A stretch of DNA of 64,000 nt from an uncultured Desulfobacterales bacterium. GTDB taxonomy: Bacteria; Desulfobacterota; Desulfobacteria; Desulfobacterales; C00003060. Of this stretch, positions 50,442-60,911 are shown piece after piece. Made by a program: the position numbers and the translations under genes. The stretch covers positions 21,106 through 85,105 of the forward strand of contig CAYTTQ010000002.1 in NCBI GenBank assembly GCA_964440795.1. Reading direction: 5' to 3'. Under the pieces are notes generated by a model, which worked only from the letters and a program-made list of their open reading frames with translations, ran no database searches and had not been told where the DNA came from. How positions within the stretch are numbered: position 1 is the first letter of the stretch; each line of letters opens with the position of its first letter.

Positions 50442-50497
50442 GAAACCTCCGCTGAACAACAAGAATGGGCTTCTTCCGGTTTGGCGGAGGTTTTCTC
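50442..50497 (+). terminator. Long imperfect hairpin + U-tract (intrinsic-terminator-like) inside the leader of the 50546 gene
   Basis: GAAACCTCCGC (50442-50452) pairs with GCGGAGGTTT (50484-50493). An inner AAGAA/TTCTT stem is present. Followed by TTTTCTC. Confidence 0.4.
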
Positions 50498-50545
50498 GCT
50501 AGGCCCGGAACCTTTTTGCCGTAATGCCGAGTTGAGGTGGTGCGC

Positions 50546-50890
50546 ATGTCCATTATGAAATTCCTGGAAAAGGCCAACAAGTTTGAGTTGGATGCATACC
50601 GAAAGTTTCCTCATTTGGCCCGAGATTACGTCGCCTTTACCGGGGCGCCTCAACGACACCCCTTTCGGGATGACCGCGTTCTGTTGGTGGCGGATCCGTT
50701 CAGCCGGCAGGCGTTCTATTACGAGTTTGATCTCAGCGACGTCGAAGGGGTGGAGGTCTTGCCCAAGCTGGTTACCATGGATGGAGAATCGGTCACCATG
50801 GCACGGCTTTGGGTTAGGAAGGGAAGTATCGGGATTCGGTCCAATCCCTTTGTGGTGGAAGACACGTCTGCGGTCACACTGGTGGAATGA
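50546..50890 (+). CDS. Hypothetical protein
   Basis: 114 aa (MSIMKFLEKANKFELDAYRKF...). GAGGTGG lies 5 nt upstream of ATG 50546. No family recognised. Confidence 0.5.
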   Translation: MSIMKFLEKANKFELDAYRKFPHLARDYVAFTGAPQRHPFRDDRVLLVADPFSRQAFYYEFDLSDVEGVEVLPKLVTMDGESVTMARLWVRKGSIGIRSNPFVVEDTSAVTLVE

Positions 50891-50917
50891 TCGATGCAGC
50901 GTGCGGCTGTCGGTGAC

Positions 50918-52060
50918 TCAAGCCGCTCCGGGGGCGGCCGCTGCAGGTACGTACGTTCGGTGATTGCTTTTTCCAAGAGAGCAGTAGATTTCGTAGCTGA
51001 TGGTGCCCGCCTGGGCGGCGATTGCTTCGGCCGTTATTTCTTCCGACCCCTGGACACCCATGAGGACCACTTCGTCGCCGACGCGAACCCCATGTAGACC
51101 CGAAACATCGACCATGGTGAGATTCATGCAGACCCTTCCCACCACGGGTACCCGCGTGCCGTGAATGAGGACCTCACCTTTGTTGGAAAGGGATCGGCTG
51201 AAGCCGTCATCGTATCCCACGGGGATGGTGGCGATGGTCGCCTCGCCTTGGGTCTTATAGGTACAGCCGTAGCTAATCGGCGTGCCGGGCGGAACGGTTC
51301 TTACCTGAATGATCGTCGATTTGAAACTCATGGCCCGCTTTAAGCGGACATTGTCGCCAAGCCTGGGGCCGGGAGACGAGCCGTAAAGGGCCAGGCCGGG
51401 CCTGACCAGGCCGACCTGGCCTGCGATACCGCTTAAGACGGCGGCGCTATTTCCAAAATGCAACATTTCTCGCCGAATCTGTATAGACGAGACCCGGTCG
51501 ACCGCTGAAAGAAAGCGTTTTCGCTGTTGGTCGGTGAAGTCATTGTCCGGATCGTCAGCGGCGGCCAAATGAGAACAAAGGCCCGCGATTTGGATTCCCT
51601 TCATGGTGCTGATCCGGTCCAGGAACCGGGGAAGGTCGGTCCAGGGAACACCGAGACGGTTCATGCCGGTGTCCACCTTCACATGTGCGGGGACGACGAC
51701 GGCCTTTGACAGGGCGGCTTCGGAGAGGTCCTGTGCCGTTTGTTCCTGGAACAGACAAACCGAAAAGCCCTGATCCACTACGGTGGAAATCTCCTCCCGG
51801 CGTGCGCCCATCAGAATCAGGATGGGCACCGCACACCCGTCAGCTTTCAGTTTCAAGGCCTCGTCCAGTTCAAATACCGCAAAATAGGCGGGTCCTTCCG
51901 GGGCCAAAGTCCTGGTCACGGGAATCATGCCGTGCCCGTAGGCGTCGGACTTGACCACGGCGATGATGCCCACCTGAGGTCCGATGACCCTTTGGATTTC
52001 CCGGAAGTTATGTCGGAGGGCATCTAAATCGATGGTAACTCGGTTGGCGGACATGATCAT
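50918..52060 (-). CDS. alr: Alanine racemase
   Basis: ...IIAVVKSDAYGHG... PLP-lysine motif; 380 aa. Confidence 0.9.
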   Translation of the reverse strand: MIMSANRVTIDLDALRHNFREIQRVIGPQVGIIAVVKSDAYGHGMIPVTRTLAPEGPAYFAVFELDEALKLKADGCAVPILILMGARREEISTVVDQGFSVCLFQEQTAQDLSEAALSKAVVVPAHVKVDTGMNRLGVPWTDLPRFLDRISTMKGIQIAGLCSHLAAADDPDNDFTDQQRKRFLSAVDRVSSIQIRREMLHFGNSAAVLSGIAGQVGLVRPGLALYGSSPGPRLGDNVRLKRAMSFKSTIIQVRTVPPGTPISYGCTYKTQGEATIATIPVGYDDGFSRSLSNKGEVLIHGTRVPVVGRVCMNLTMVDVSGLHGVRVGDEVVLMGVQGSEEITAEAIAAQAGTISYEIYCSLGKSNHRTYVPAAAAPGAA

Positions 52061-52076
52061 GAATCTTCCGTATCGC

Positions 52077-52856
52077 TCAAGAGAAAAGGCCGAAATACCA
52101 GGCGATCACTTCCCGGCCGAAAAAGACGAAGAGCAATGCCCCGATACTCAAAAAGGGGCCGAATGGAACGGCGGCCTTTCGTCCCTGTTGGGTTTGCAGC
52201 GCCACCCCGATCCCGAACAGGGTCCCCACGGCGGACCCCACGAATATGGTGAAGATGGTGGCCTTCCAGCCCAAAAAGGCCCCGATCATGGCCAGTAATT
52301 TGATGTCCCCCCCACCCATTCCTTCTTTCTTGGTAAGGTAGAAATATCCGGAAGCAACCAAAAAGAGCAACCCGCCGCCCAAGAGGATCCCCAAAAGAGA
52401 GTCAAGGACCGTCACGTGCCTCAACCAGAAGGAGCCGACGAAGCCGACGACGATGCCCGGATAAGTAATCACATCCGGAATGATCCGGTGGTCTAGGTCC
52501 ACAAAGGTGACCACCACCAGCGCGGCGACAAACACATAAAGGAAGCCAATTTCCGGAGACAGGCCATATCGGTGGAAGAGGCCCAGGGCGAACAAGCCGG
52601 CAATCAGTTCTACGATCAGGTATCTCGGCGATATGCGGACGCCGCAGTGCCGACATCGGGCGCGGAGGAGGAGATAACTCAGCAGGGGAATGTTGTCATA
52701 GAAGGCAATCTTTTGGCCGCATGCCGGGCAACCGGAAGGGGGGTGTACAATAGAACGGGATTCGGGGATCCGGTAGATGCATACATTTAAGAAACTGCCG
52801 ACGGCCAACCCGAAACAAAAGACAAAAATATCTGCAATCAACGTGCTGAATCCCAC
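52077..52856 (-). CDS. pilD: Prepilin peptidase (A24 family)
   Basis: N-terminal CPACG...CRHCG zinc motif, polytopic membrane protein, GGGDIKLLA active-site block. Confidence 0.85.
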   Translation of the reverse strand: MGFSTLIADIFVFCFGLAVGSFLNVCIYRIPESRSIVHPPSGCPACGQKIAFYDNIPLLSYLLLRARCRHCGVRISPRYLIVELIAGLFALGLFHRYGLSPEIGFLYVFVAALVVVTFVDLDHRIIPDVITYPGIVVGFVGSFWLRHVTVLDSLLGILLGGGLLFLVASGYFYLTKKEGMGGGDIKLLAMIGAFLGWKATIFTIFVGSAVGTLFGIGVALQTQQGRKAAVPFGPFLSIGALLFVFFGREVIAWYFGLFS

Positions 52857-53040
52857 CTTTCCAAGCCGGTACGGTGCACGGTAACTATAGGGTGAGCGAC
52901 TGAAAAATCAAGATTTTTGTTGTCACTCAGGCTCATTGTCCTATAAACGTCTACCAGGAAACGGTGTGTTTGGATGCGATCAGCCGCAGGTTGAACATCG
53001 AAATCCGGACACCCGCATAAGAGACTAAAGGATGACATGA

Positions 53041-55455
53041 ATGGCACAAAGGGACAGTGAAGATACCATAGACATTATACAAGATATCGGAGAGGAAGTG
53101 GAAATCCCGGAAGTGCTGCCGCTTCTTCCCGTTCGCGATATCGTGGTGTTCAACTACATGGTGCTGCCGTTGTTTGTGGGCAGGGATCGGTCCGTGCAGG
53201 CGGTGGACAGTGCCATGGCCTCGAACCGGTTGATTTTGTTGGCCACCCAGCGGGACTCGATTGCGGAAAGTCCGGAACCCGACGAGATCTTCGACGTGGG
53301 AACCGTGGCCATGATATTGCGGATGTTTAAATTGCCTGACGGTCGGGCCAAGTTGTTGGTTCAGGGCATCGCCAAGGCGGCCGTTGTTGAATACCTGGAC
53401 ACGGAACCCATGTATCGCGTCAAGATCCGGCAGATCGCGGAAGGAAAAGTCGGTGAGATGTCCTTGGAAACCGAGGCCTTGATGCGGAATGTGTGTGAGC
53501 AAGGGGAAAAGATTCTTGAATTTCGGGGAGAACTCAGCGGCGATGTGAGTGCGATTTTACGGGGGGTGGAAGATCCGGTGCGCCTCGCCGATCTCGTGGC
53601 GTCCAACCTTCGGCTGAAAATTGCAGACGCCCAAGCCCTTTTGGAGCTGAACGATCCCGTGGAGAAACTCCAGCAAGTCAACGAGATGTTGAGCAAGGAG
53701 CTGGAGGTGTCGGCCATGCAGGCCAAAATTCAATCCCATGCGAAGGAAGAGATTTCCAAAACCCAGCGGGAATATTTCCTGAGAGAGGAAATGCGGGCGA
53801 TTCACAAAGAACTGGGTGATATGGACGAACGGACCCAGGAGGCGGCCGAATACCGAAAGAAGATTCAGAAAGCCCGTATGCCTCGAGAGGTGAATAAGGA
53901 GGCGGAAAAACAGCTCAAACGGCTTGAGCAAATGCACCCCGATGCCGCCGAGGCCTCCATCGTTCGAACCTATCTGGACTGGTTGACCGGTCTGCCGTGG
54001 CGCAAGGCGAGTAAGGACGTACTGGACATCGCAAAGGCCCAACAGGTGTTGGATGAAGACCATTATGATTTAGAGAAGATCAAAGACCGGATTCTGGAGT
54101 ACTTGAGCGTCAGGAAACTGAACAAACAGATGAAAGGGCCGATACTCTGCCTGGTCGGTCCGCCTGGGGTGGGAAAGACCTCCCTGGGTAAGTCGATCGC
54201 CCGGGCGATGAACCGAAAGTTTGTGAGGATTTCCCTCGGGGGCGTTCGAGACGAAGCGGAGATACGGGGGCATCGCCGAACCTATGTGGGGGCCATGCCG
54301 GGGCGTATCCTGCAAGGTCTCAAGCAATGCGGGACCAACAACCCGGTATTCATGATGGATGAGGTGGACAAGGTGGGGGCCGATTTCAGGGGAGACCCGG
54401 CGGCGGCCCTGCTGGAGGTCCTCGATCCGGAACAAAATGTTGCATTTAGTGACCACTATCTGAATGTGCCCTTTGACCTGTCCCGGGTCTTTTTCATCAC
54501 CACGGCGAATGTGGCCGACCCGATTCCTTCTGCGCTGAAAGATCGGATGGAAATCCTCGAACTGGCGGGATACACGGAAGAAGAAAAGATCGTTATCGCC
54601 CAACGGTTTTTGATTCCCCGTCAGGTTCGGGAAAACGGGATGAAAGAAGAACAGGTCCGGGTGGGGACCCACGCCCTTCGGGAGATCATCACCCAATATA
54701 CGCTGGAAGCGGGTTTAAGAAACCTGGAACGGGAAATCGCCGCCATCTGTCGCAAGGGGGCCCGAAACCTGGCCGAAGAGAAGTCGGGTCCCTTTGTCGT
54801 GGATCGTCGAAATCTTCACAAGTATCTGGGAATTCCCAAATACTTGCCCGAGTTGGAGCAAGATTTTCACGAAATCGGTGTGGCCACCGGCCTCGCCTGG
54901 ACTCAAGCCGGCGGGGAGACCTTGTATGTGGAGGCCTCGGTGATGAAGGGCAAGGGCGAGCTTACCTTGACCGGACAGCTTGGGGAGATCATGCAGGAGT
55001 CGGCCCGGGCGGCCGTCTCTTATGCCCGAGCGAATGCCCGGAGCCTGGGGATTCGGGCCACTTTTTATCAGGACATGGACATTCATATCCATGTCCCTGC
55101 CGGGGCGATTCCCAAGGATGGGCCGTCAGCGGGGGTGACCATGGCCACGGCCCTTATTTCGGCCCTGAGCAAAAGGTCCGTGAGCAGAGACGTGGCCATG
55201 ACCGGCGAGATTAGTTTGCGGGGGCGGTTGCTACCCGTGGGGGGGGTGAAGGACAAGGCCTTGGCCGCCCTTCGAGCAAAGGTCAAAATGGTAATCATTC
55301 CCAAAAAGAACGAGAAAGACCTGTCGGACGTACCCAAGCATGTACGGCGAAAACTCTCCTTTGTTACGGCCAATCATATAACGGACGTTCTCGAGCACGC
55401 CTTACGACCCAAACCGGCCGGCAAGAAACAGGCGAACCGTCGGGCGGCCCGATGA
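53041..55455 (+). CDS. lon: ATP-dependent Lon protease
   Basis: LON N-domain, GPPGVGKTS Walker [10 protein letters not shown] catalytic serine block; 804 aa. Confidence 0.97.
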   Translation: MAQRDSEDTIDIIQDIGEEVEIPEVLPLLPVRDIVVFNYMVLPLFVGRDRSVQAVDSAMASNRLILLATQRDSIAESPEPDEIFDVGTVAMILRMFKLPDGRAKLLVQGIAKAAVVEYLDTEPMYRVKIRQIAEGKVGEMSLETEALMRNVCEQGEKILEFRGELSGDVSAILRGVEDPVRLADLVASNLRLKIADAQALLELNDPVEKLQQVNEMLSKELEVSAMQAKIQSHAKEEISKTQREYFLREEMRAIHKELGDMDERTQEAAEYRKKIQKARMPREVNKEAEKQLKRLEQMHPDAAEASIVRTYLDWLTGLPWRKASKDVLDIAKAQQVLDEDHYDLEKIKDRILEYLSVRKLNKQMKGPILCLVGPPGVGKTSLGKSIARAMNRKFVRISLGGVRDEAEIRGHRRTYVGAMPGRILQGLKQCGTNNPVFMMDEVDKVGADFRGDPAAALLEVLDPEQNVAFSDHYLNVPFDLSRVFFITTANVADPIPSALKDRMEILELAGYTEEEKIVIAQRFLIPRQVRENGMKEEQVRVGTHALREIITQYTLEAGLRNLEREIAAICRKGARNLAEEKSGPFVVDRRNLHKYLGIPKYLPELEQDFHEIGVATGLAWTQAGGETLYVEASVMKGKGELTLTGQLGEIMQESARAAVSYARANARSLGIRATFYQDMDIHIHVPAGAIPKDGPSAGVTMATALISALSKRSVSRDVAMTGEISLRGRLLPVGGVKDKALAALRAKVKMVIIPKKNEKDLSDVPKHVRRKLSFVTANHITDVLEHALRPKPAGKKQANRRAAR

Positions 55456-56171
55456 AACTCTTGGCCGTAGATACGTCGACCCATACGGAAGGTGTCGCCG
55501 CTTTGGACGGGGATACGGTCCGAGCGGTCATTCACACCACCGGTCCCAAGACCCATGCCAAACGCCTCATGACCACCGTGGATACCGCACTGAAATTGGC
55601 AAACATGACCCTGGACGATTTTGACGGGTTTGCCGTCACGACGGGACCCGGCAGTTTCACGGGGCTTCGCATCGGTATCAGTGCGGTGAAGGGATTTGCC
55701 GTGGCCACCGCAAAACCGGTTGCCGGTGTGTCTACCCTGGAGGCCTTGGCCAGGCAGTTTCCCGGTTTTCCAGGAAAGATCTGTCCAATCCTCGATGCGC
55801 GGAAGGGCCAGATATATTCGGCTCTTTACCGGTTCGGAGAAAAAGGGGATCGGCGGGTCCTCAAGTCGCCCTGTGTGGTGGACCCGGAAACCTGGCTGCA
55901 ATCAGTTGATCCGCCGTGCCTCTTCGTAGGCGATGGTCTACTGGTTTACCGAGACTTGGTGGCGCAAAAACTGGGCGATGCCGCCCAATTCGCCCCGCCC
56001 TGTTTGAACAGCCTCAATGCCTGTGTCGTTGGACAAATGGGGATGACGGAGGTCGCGTTGGGAAATGCCGTGGACGTCAACCAGTTGTCCCCGCAGTATA
56101 TTCGCAAGTCTGACGCCGAGATCAAGTTGAAGAAGGCACAGGTGGGCGCTTCAAACCGACAACCGTCGTGA
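55452..56171 (+). CDS. tsaB: tRNA t6A biosynthesis protein TsaB
   Basis: [10 protein letters not shown]...GPGSFTGLRIG. Overlaps the lon stop by 4 nt. Confidence 0.85.
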   Translation: MKLLAVDTSTHTEGVAALDGDTVRAVIHTTGPKTHAKRLMTTVDTALKLANMTLDDFDGFAVTTGPGSFTGLRIGISAVKGFAVATAKPVAGVSTLEALARQFPGFPGKICPILDARKGQIYSALYRFGEKGDRRVLKSPCVVDPETWLQSVDPPCLFVGDGLLVYRDLVAQKLGDAAQFAPPCLNSLNACVVGQMGMTEVALGNAVDVNQLSPQYIRKSDAEIKLKKAQVGASNRQPS

Positions 56172-56215
56172 AACCCGAGACCTTTCCGGGCGGTGGGTTT
56201 GGGCATGGTCTTTCG

Positions 56216-56243
56216 TTGACAAACCGCGCAAAAAGACTATAAT
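56216..56243 (+). promoter_or_regulatory. Consensus sigma-70 promoter for psd-pssA
   Basis: TTGACA (56216-56221), 16-nt spacer, TATAAT (56238-56243). The psd ATG is only 10 nt downstream of the -10. Confidence 0.6.
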
Positions 56244-56253
56244 TTCTAGAAAT

Positions 56254-56925
56254 ATGCACACATCCACAGACCGTGTAAAATCAATACACAAAAAGATACC
56301 GATCGCCCGGGAGGCGCTGCCGTTCATTCTGGTGCCGGCGTTGGTGAGTATCTATTTGTCGGCCCTGGGGTTTCAGGTTGTCGCCTTGGTATTCCTGCTT
56401 CTGGCCGGGTTTATCGCTTTCTTTTTTCGCAATCCCGAGCGGGTAGTACCTCAAGAAGCAGGGGCGGTGGTGTCTCCTGCGGACGGAAGGATCGTTACCG
56501 TCGACATGGTCGATGATCCGGCCGGCGATTTCCACGGGATGCGCAAAATCAGCATCTTTATGTCCGTATTCAATGTGCACGTAAACCGGGTGCCGATGGA
56601 TGCCACGGTGACGAAGATCTCCTACCATCCCGGTAAGTTCCTGTCGGCCAATTTGGATAAGGCCTCGATGGACAACGAACGGAACATGCTTTTTTTGGAT
56701 ACGCATTATGGTGCACAGATAGTCGTGGTTCAGGTGGCGGGACTGATCGCCCGTCGAATTGTGTGTAAAATCGAAAAAGGCGATCAGGTTCATCGGGGTG
56801 ACCGTTTCGGTTTGATCCGCTTCGGCTCCCGACTCGATGTCTACCTTCCAGCGGAGACCACCCCCGCGGTCTCCGTGGGAGAAAAAGTGACGGCCGGTGC
56901 TTCCAGGCTGGGGTTTATAAATTAG
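56254..56925 (+). CDS. psd: Phosphatidylserine decarboxylase (short type)
   Basis: 223 aa with ...GDRFGLIRFGSRLDVYLP (GS self-cleavage site); sits next to pssA. Confidence 0.85.
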   Translation: MHTSTDRVKSIHKKIPIAREALPFILVPALVSIYLSALGFQVVALVFLLLAGFIAFFFRNPERVVPQEAGAVVSPADGRIVTVDMVDDPAGDFHGMRKISIFMSVFNVHVNRVPMDATVTKISYHPGKFLSANLDKASMDNERNMLFLDTHYGAQIVVVQVAGLIARRIVCKIEKGDQVHRGDRFGLIRFGSRLDVYLPAETTPAVSVGEKVTAGASRLGFIN

Positions 56926-57031
56926 GGACAGGCTCCCGGAAGTCGCTCACCCAAAGCTTTGGACTGCGTTCGAATGCGCGCAATATATTTTGGGGACACC
57001 GCGCCATGTTTGAGAGGGCGAAGGACGAACG

Positions 57032-57820
57032 ATGAGTAAAAAGAAAAAGAAAAAGAAGGCGAGATCGCAACGAGGCATTTTCATCCTGCCCAACCTGTTC
57101 ACCTCGGCCAATCTTTTTTGCGGATTTTATGCGATTGTAGCGGCCATTCAAGGGTCTTTCGTCGTCAGTGCCGTGGCCATCATGCTGGCCGCCGTCTTTG
57201 ACGGCCTGGATGGTAAGATTGCCCGGGTGACCGGCGCGGTGAGCCAATTCGGTTTGGAATATGATTCGTTGAGTGACGCCGTTTCTTTCGGTGTGGCCCC
57301 CGGTGTGTTGGTATATGTGTGGGCCCTGGAACCGTTCGGTCGGGTGGGCTGGTTGGCCGCCTTCGTATTCGTCGCCTGCGGTACCCTGCGGTTGGCTCGA
57401 TTCAATACGCTGGCCGGACGGGTAAGCGGCACCTATTTCATGGGGTTACCCATTCCCGCGGCGGCGTTTATGGTGGCTTCCACGGTCCTGGTTTTCGATC
57501 GCTTCGGCGGAACGGGGACGTCCAAACACGTGACCATTCCGGTGATGATATATGTGTTGTCCTTTTTGATGGTGAGTACCATCAAGTACTATAGTTTCAA
57601 ACGGATGTCTCTGTTTAAAGAGATGAAATTCAACGTCCTGGTGCTGGTGGTGCTGGTGTGTATCGTCATTGCCGCGGAACCGAGCATCAGTTTCTTTTTG
57701 ATCATGCTCGCCTATATCCTTTCCGGTCCCCTGTCGGTTTTCTGGTTGCGACGCAAGAAGCCCGCCGATGAGATGGTTTCTGAATACGGGGACGACGTTT
57801 CATCCGGGGGGTCTTTGTAA
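57032..57820 (+). CDS. pssA: CDP-diacylglycerol--serine O-phosphatidyltransferase
   Basis: CDP-alcohol phosphatidyltransferase motif [26 protein letters not shown]. Confidence 0.9.
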   Translation: MSKKKKKKKARSQRGIFILPNLFTSANLFCGFYAIVAAIQGSFVVSAVAIMLAAVFDGLDGKIARVTGAVSQFGLEYDSLSDAVSFGVAPGVLVYVWALEPFGRVGWLAAFVFVACGTLRLARFNTLAGRVSGTYFMGLPIPAAAFMVASTVLVFDRFGGTGTSKHVTIPVMIYVLSFLMVSTIKYYSFKRMSLFKEMKFNVLVLVVLVCIVIAAEPSISFFLIMLAYILSGPLSVFWLRRKKPADEMVSEYGDDVSSGGSL

Positions 57821-57821
57821 C

Positions 57822-59081
57822 ATGTCTCAAACCATTTCGGAAAAAATCCTGGCCGCTCACGCGGGAAGGCAGAGCGTTGCCGCCGGAGAATTGCTCAACG
57901 TCCCCATTGATTTGGCTCTGGCCAATGATATCACGGCCCCCATTGCGATAGAACTGTTCGAAGGGTCCGGTGCCGCGTCGGTTTTTGATCGGGAACGGAT
58001 CGCCTTGGTCCCCGACCACTTTGTGCCCAACAAGGATATCCGTTCGGCGAAGCAGGTCCAAACCATGCGGGACTTTGCCAAGAAATATGATATCCCCCAT
58101 TTTTTTGAGTTGGGGGAGATGGGAATCGAGCACGTCTTGTTGCCCGAGCAAGGGTTGGTGGGGCCGGGAGATGTCGTGATCGGTGCAGATAGTCACACAT
58201 GTACCTATGGCGCTTTGGGGGCCTTTTCCACCGGTGTGGGGAGCACGGACATCGCTGCGGCCATGATCACCGGCGAGGTCTGGTTCAAGGTCCCGGACAC
58301 GATAAAATTTACGTATACCGGAACGCCCGGAAAGTGGGTGTCGGGCAAGGACCTGATCCTTTTTACCATCGGCGATATCGGTGTGGACGGCGCGACATAC
58401 AAGGCCATGGAATTTACAGGGCAGGCCATACATGCACTGCCCATGTCCGATCGGTTTACCATGAGCAACATGGCCATCGAAGCGGGGGCAAAGGTCGGTA
58501 TCATTGTTCCCGACCGGGTTACGCTCGATTACGTCGAGGGTCGGGCCCAGCGGCCGTATACGGTTTACGAAAGTGATCCCGACGCCGACTATGTTCGGGA
58601 GATCTCTTATGATGTATCCGACATTGAACCCCAAGTCGCGTTTCCCCATCTTCCCGGCAATACCCGCGGGATTTCGGCGGTCGGCGAGGTTTTCATCGAT
58701 CAGGCGGTTATCGGATCCTGTACCAACGGTCGGATCGAGGACCTGCGGACTGCAGCCGGAATTCTCCGCGGACACAAGGTGGCCAAGGGCGTTCGCCTTA
58801 TTGTTATACCCGGATCACCCCAGGTCTATCGAGATGCCTTGGCGGAAGGTCTTTTAGAAATCTTCTTGGATGCCAAAGGCATCGTAAGTCCCCCCACGTG
58901 CGGACCATGTCTGGGCGGTTTCATGGGGATCCTGGGGCCGGGAGAACGGGCCATCGCCACCACCAACCGCAATTTTGTGGGCAGGATGGGCGACACCCGC
59001 AGCGAGGTTTATCTGGCCAATCCGGCGGTAACGGCGGCGTCTGCGGTGTTGGGGCGTATCGGAAGTCCGGAGGAGTTATAA
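57822..59081 (+). CDS. leuC: 3-isopropylmalate dehydratase large subunit (short type)
   Basis: [13 protein letters not shown]..., aconitase-family Cys ligands ([24 protein letters not shown]). Start at ATG 57822. Confidence 0.92.
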   Translation: MSQTISEKILAAHAGRQSVAAGELLNVPIDLALANDITAPIAIELFEGSGAASVFDRERIALVPDHFVPNKDIRSAKQVQTMRDFAKKYDIPHFFELGEMGIEHVLLPEQGLVGPGDVVIGADSHTCTYGALGAFSTGVGSTDIAAAMITGEVWFKVPDTIKFTYTGTPGKWVSGKDLILFTIGDIGVDGATYKAMEFTGQAIHALPMSDRFTMSNMAIEAGAKVGIIVPDRVTLDYVEGRAQRPYTVYESDPDADYVREISYDVSDIEPQVAFPHLPGNTRGISAVGEVFIDQAVIGSCTNGRIEDLRTAAGILRGHKVAKGVRLIVIPGSPQVYRDALAEGLLEIFLDAKGIVSPPTCGPCLGGFMGILGPGERAIATTNRNFVGRMGDTRSEVYLANPAVTAASAVLGRIGSPEEL

Positions 59082-59111
59082 CCACGGATCCACAATTTAT
59101 TGGTCGACGAC

Positions 59112-59137
59112 GGGGGCGGTTTGCCCCCTTGTATTTC
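59112..59137 (+). terminator. GC hairpin + U-rich tail inside the leuC-leuD spacer
   Basis: GGGGGC-GGTTT-GCCCCC followed by TTGTATTTC. Confidence 0.3.
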
Positions 59138-59234
59138 AGACCCTCCCTACGCAACGGACGCGGACGGCCCATCAAACAGAGACGAAGTGACAGGGTGGCA
59201 GCGGTCGAGGGGGGGAAATGTGAGGGGAAAAGGC

Positions 59235-59723
59235 ATGGCGATAGAAGGCAAGGCCTGGAAATTCGGCGATAACGTCGATACGGATGTGATTATTCCGGCT
59301 CGATATCTGGTCACAACGGACGCAAAAGAGCTCGGGCGCCATTGTATGGAAGGCGTGGATGCCGCCTTTCCACAGAAGATAGCCCCCGGCGATATGATCG
59401 TGGCGGGGGAAAATTTTGGTTGCGGATCCTCCCGAGAACACGCCCCCATGGCGATAAAAGGGGCGGGCATTTCTTGCGTGGTGGCGGAGAGCTTTGCGCG
59501 GATTTTTTTTCGCAATGCCTTTAACATGGGCCTTCCCATATTTGAGGCCGCCGGGGTGAATACGGGGATTGCCAACGGGGATCTCGTATCCGTGGATGAA
59601 GAGACCGGAAAAATAACCAACATCACCCAGTCAACGGAATTTGCGGCCAGTCCGATCCCCCCGTTTATGCAACAGCTTCTGGATGCGGGGGGCCTGATGG
59701 CCTACGTGTTGAAGCGAAAGTAG
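59235..59723 (+). CDS. leuD: 3-isopropylmalate dehydratase small subunit
   Basis: MAIEGKAWKFGDNVDTDVIIPARYL...GENFGCGSSREHA. Start at ATG 59235; the upstream in-frame extension in the track is not LeuD-like. Confidence 0.9.
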   Translation: MAIEGKAWKFGDNVDTDVIIPARYLVTTDAKELGRHCMEGVDAAFPQKIAPGDMIVAGENFGCGSSREHAPMAIKGAGISCVVAESFARIFFRNAFNMGLPIFEAAGVNTGIANGDLVSVDEETGKITNITQSTEFAASPIPPFMQQLLDAGGLMAYVLKRK

Positions 59724-59742
59724 GCCGTAGGGAGACGGTATT

Positions 59743-60816
59743 ATGGATGAAACATATACGATTGCGGTGGTGGCCGGAGATGGTACCGGACCGGAGGTGG
59801 TGGCGGAGGGGCTGAAGGTCCTCGATGCGGTTTCCCGACGGTACGGGTTTGGGCTTCACTTGGAGCACTTCCCTTTGGGGGGTAAACACTACCGGGACAC
59901 CGGTCAAACGCTCCCCGATGACATCCTGGGAGAAATCAGACAGACCGATGCCATTTATCTGGGAGCTATCGGAGACCCTGCGGTGCCACCCGGTGTGTTG
60001 GAGCAGGGCGTACTCCTGAAACTGCGGTTTGAACTCGACCAATACATCAACTTACGTCCCATAAAGCTCTATCCGGGGGTGGAAATTCCCATCAAGGACA
60101 AGGGGCCGGAGGCGATCGACTTCGTCGTGGTTCGCGAAAATACGGAAGGTCTCTATGCCGGTACGGGCGGTATCATCCGCAAAGGGACACCCCACGAAAT
60201 CGCCATACAGGAGTCGATCAGTACGCGCATGGGTGTGGAACGATGTGTGCGCTACGCCTTCGACGTGTGCCGGAAACGGCGGAAAGCGAGAAAGCTTACC
60301 CTCTGTGGCAAGACCAACGTGTTGACCTATACATTCGATCTTTGGCAACGAACGATGGATGACGTGTCGGCCGCATATCCGGAAATCGAAACAGACTATG
60401 CCCACGTAGACGCTTTGTGCATGTGGATGATCAAGAACCCTGAATCATTCGACGTGATTGTGACGGAAAACATGTTCGGGGACATCATCACGGATTTGGG
60501 CGCCATTTTACAGGGAGGCATGGGTGTGGCCGCCGGGGGCAACATCAACCCGGAAGGGGTTTCCATGTTCGAGCCCATTGGGGGGTCGGCGCCCAAGTAT
60601 ACCGGAAAGAACATCATCAATCCCATCGGTGCGGTACTGGCCGCGAAACTGATGCTGGAAACACTGGGACAGCCATCGGCGGCGGCCCTCATCGAGCAAG
60701 CCGTAGAAAAGGTGCTTCGATACGACGTGAAAGACACCAGTGCCGGCAAGATGGGCTGTTCGACATCCCAGGTGGGGGATTTGATTGTCGATTACATTGA
60801 GCGGGCCGCCGACTAG
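59743..60816 (+). CDS. leuB: 3-isopropylmalate dehydrogenase
   Basis: IAVVAGDGTGPEV..., NMFGDIITDL. Context is downstream of leuCD. Confidence 0.88.
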   Translation: MDETYTIAVVAGDGTGPEVVAEGLKVLDAVSRRYGFGLHLEHFPLGGKHYRDTGQTLPDDILGEIRQTDAIYLGAIGDPAVPPGVLEQGVLLKLRFELDQYINLRPIKLYPGVEIPIKDKGPEAIDFVVVRENTEGLYAGTGGIIRKGTPHEIAIQESISTRMGVERCVRYAFDVCRKRRKARKLTLCGKTNVLTYTFDLWQRTMDDVSAAYPEIETDYAHVDALCMWMIKNPESFDVIVTENMFGDIITDLGAILQGGMGVAAGGNINPEGVSMFEPIGGSAPKYTGKNIINPIGAVLAAKLMLETLGQPSAAALIEQAVEKVLRYDVKDTSAGKMGCSTSQVGDLIVDYIERAAD

Positions 60817-60911
60817 GGTACCATAGTCGGCCCGAAACAGAGCCGAATCGGATCGTCGATGCCGCGAAATCGTTTCTCCCGCAGTTGCCGAGGAAAAAGG
60901 AGGTTGGGGCT

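Noticed and set aside
50293-50500. Cobalamin riboswitch call for the 50546 leader.
   Set aside because: Only two short strings resemble the B12 core. The B12 box and the conserved GGGAA/CCCGCCACUG context are not present as such. Kept only as an unclassified structured leader.
52991-53020. Sigma-32 heat-shock promoter upstream of lon (TTGAAC...CCCGCATAA).
   Set aside because: There is a partial match to CTTGAAA / CCCCATNT, but with an extra base in the -10 and a long spacer. Too weak to report as a feature.
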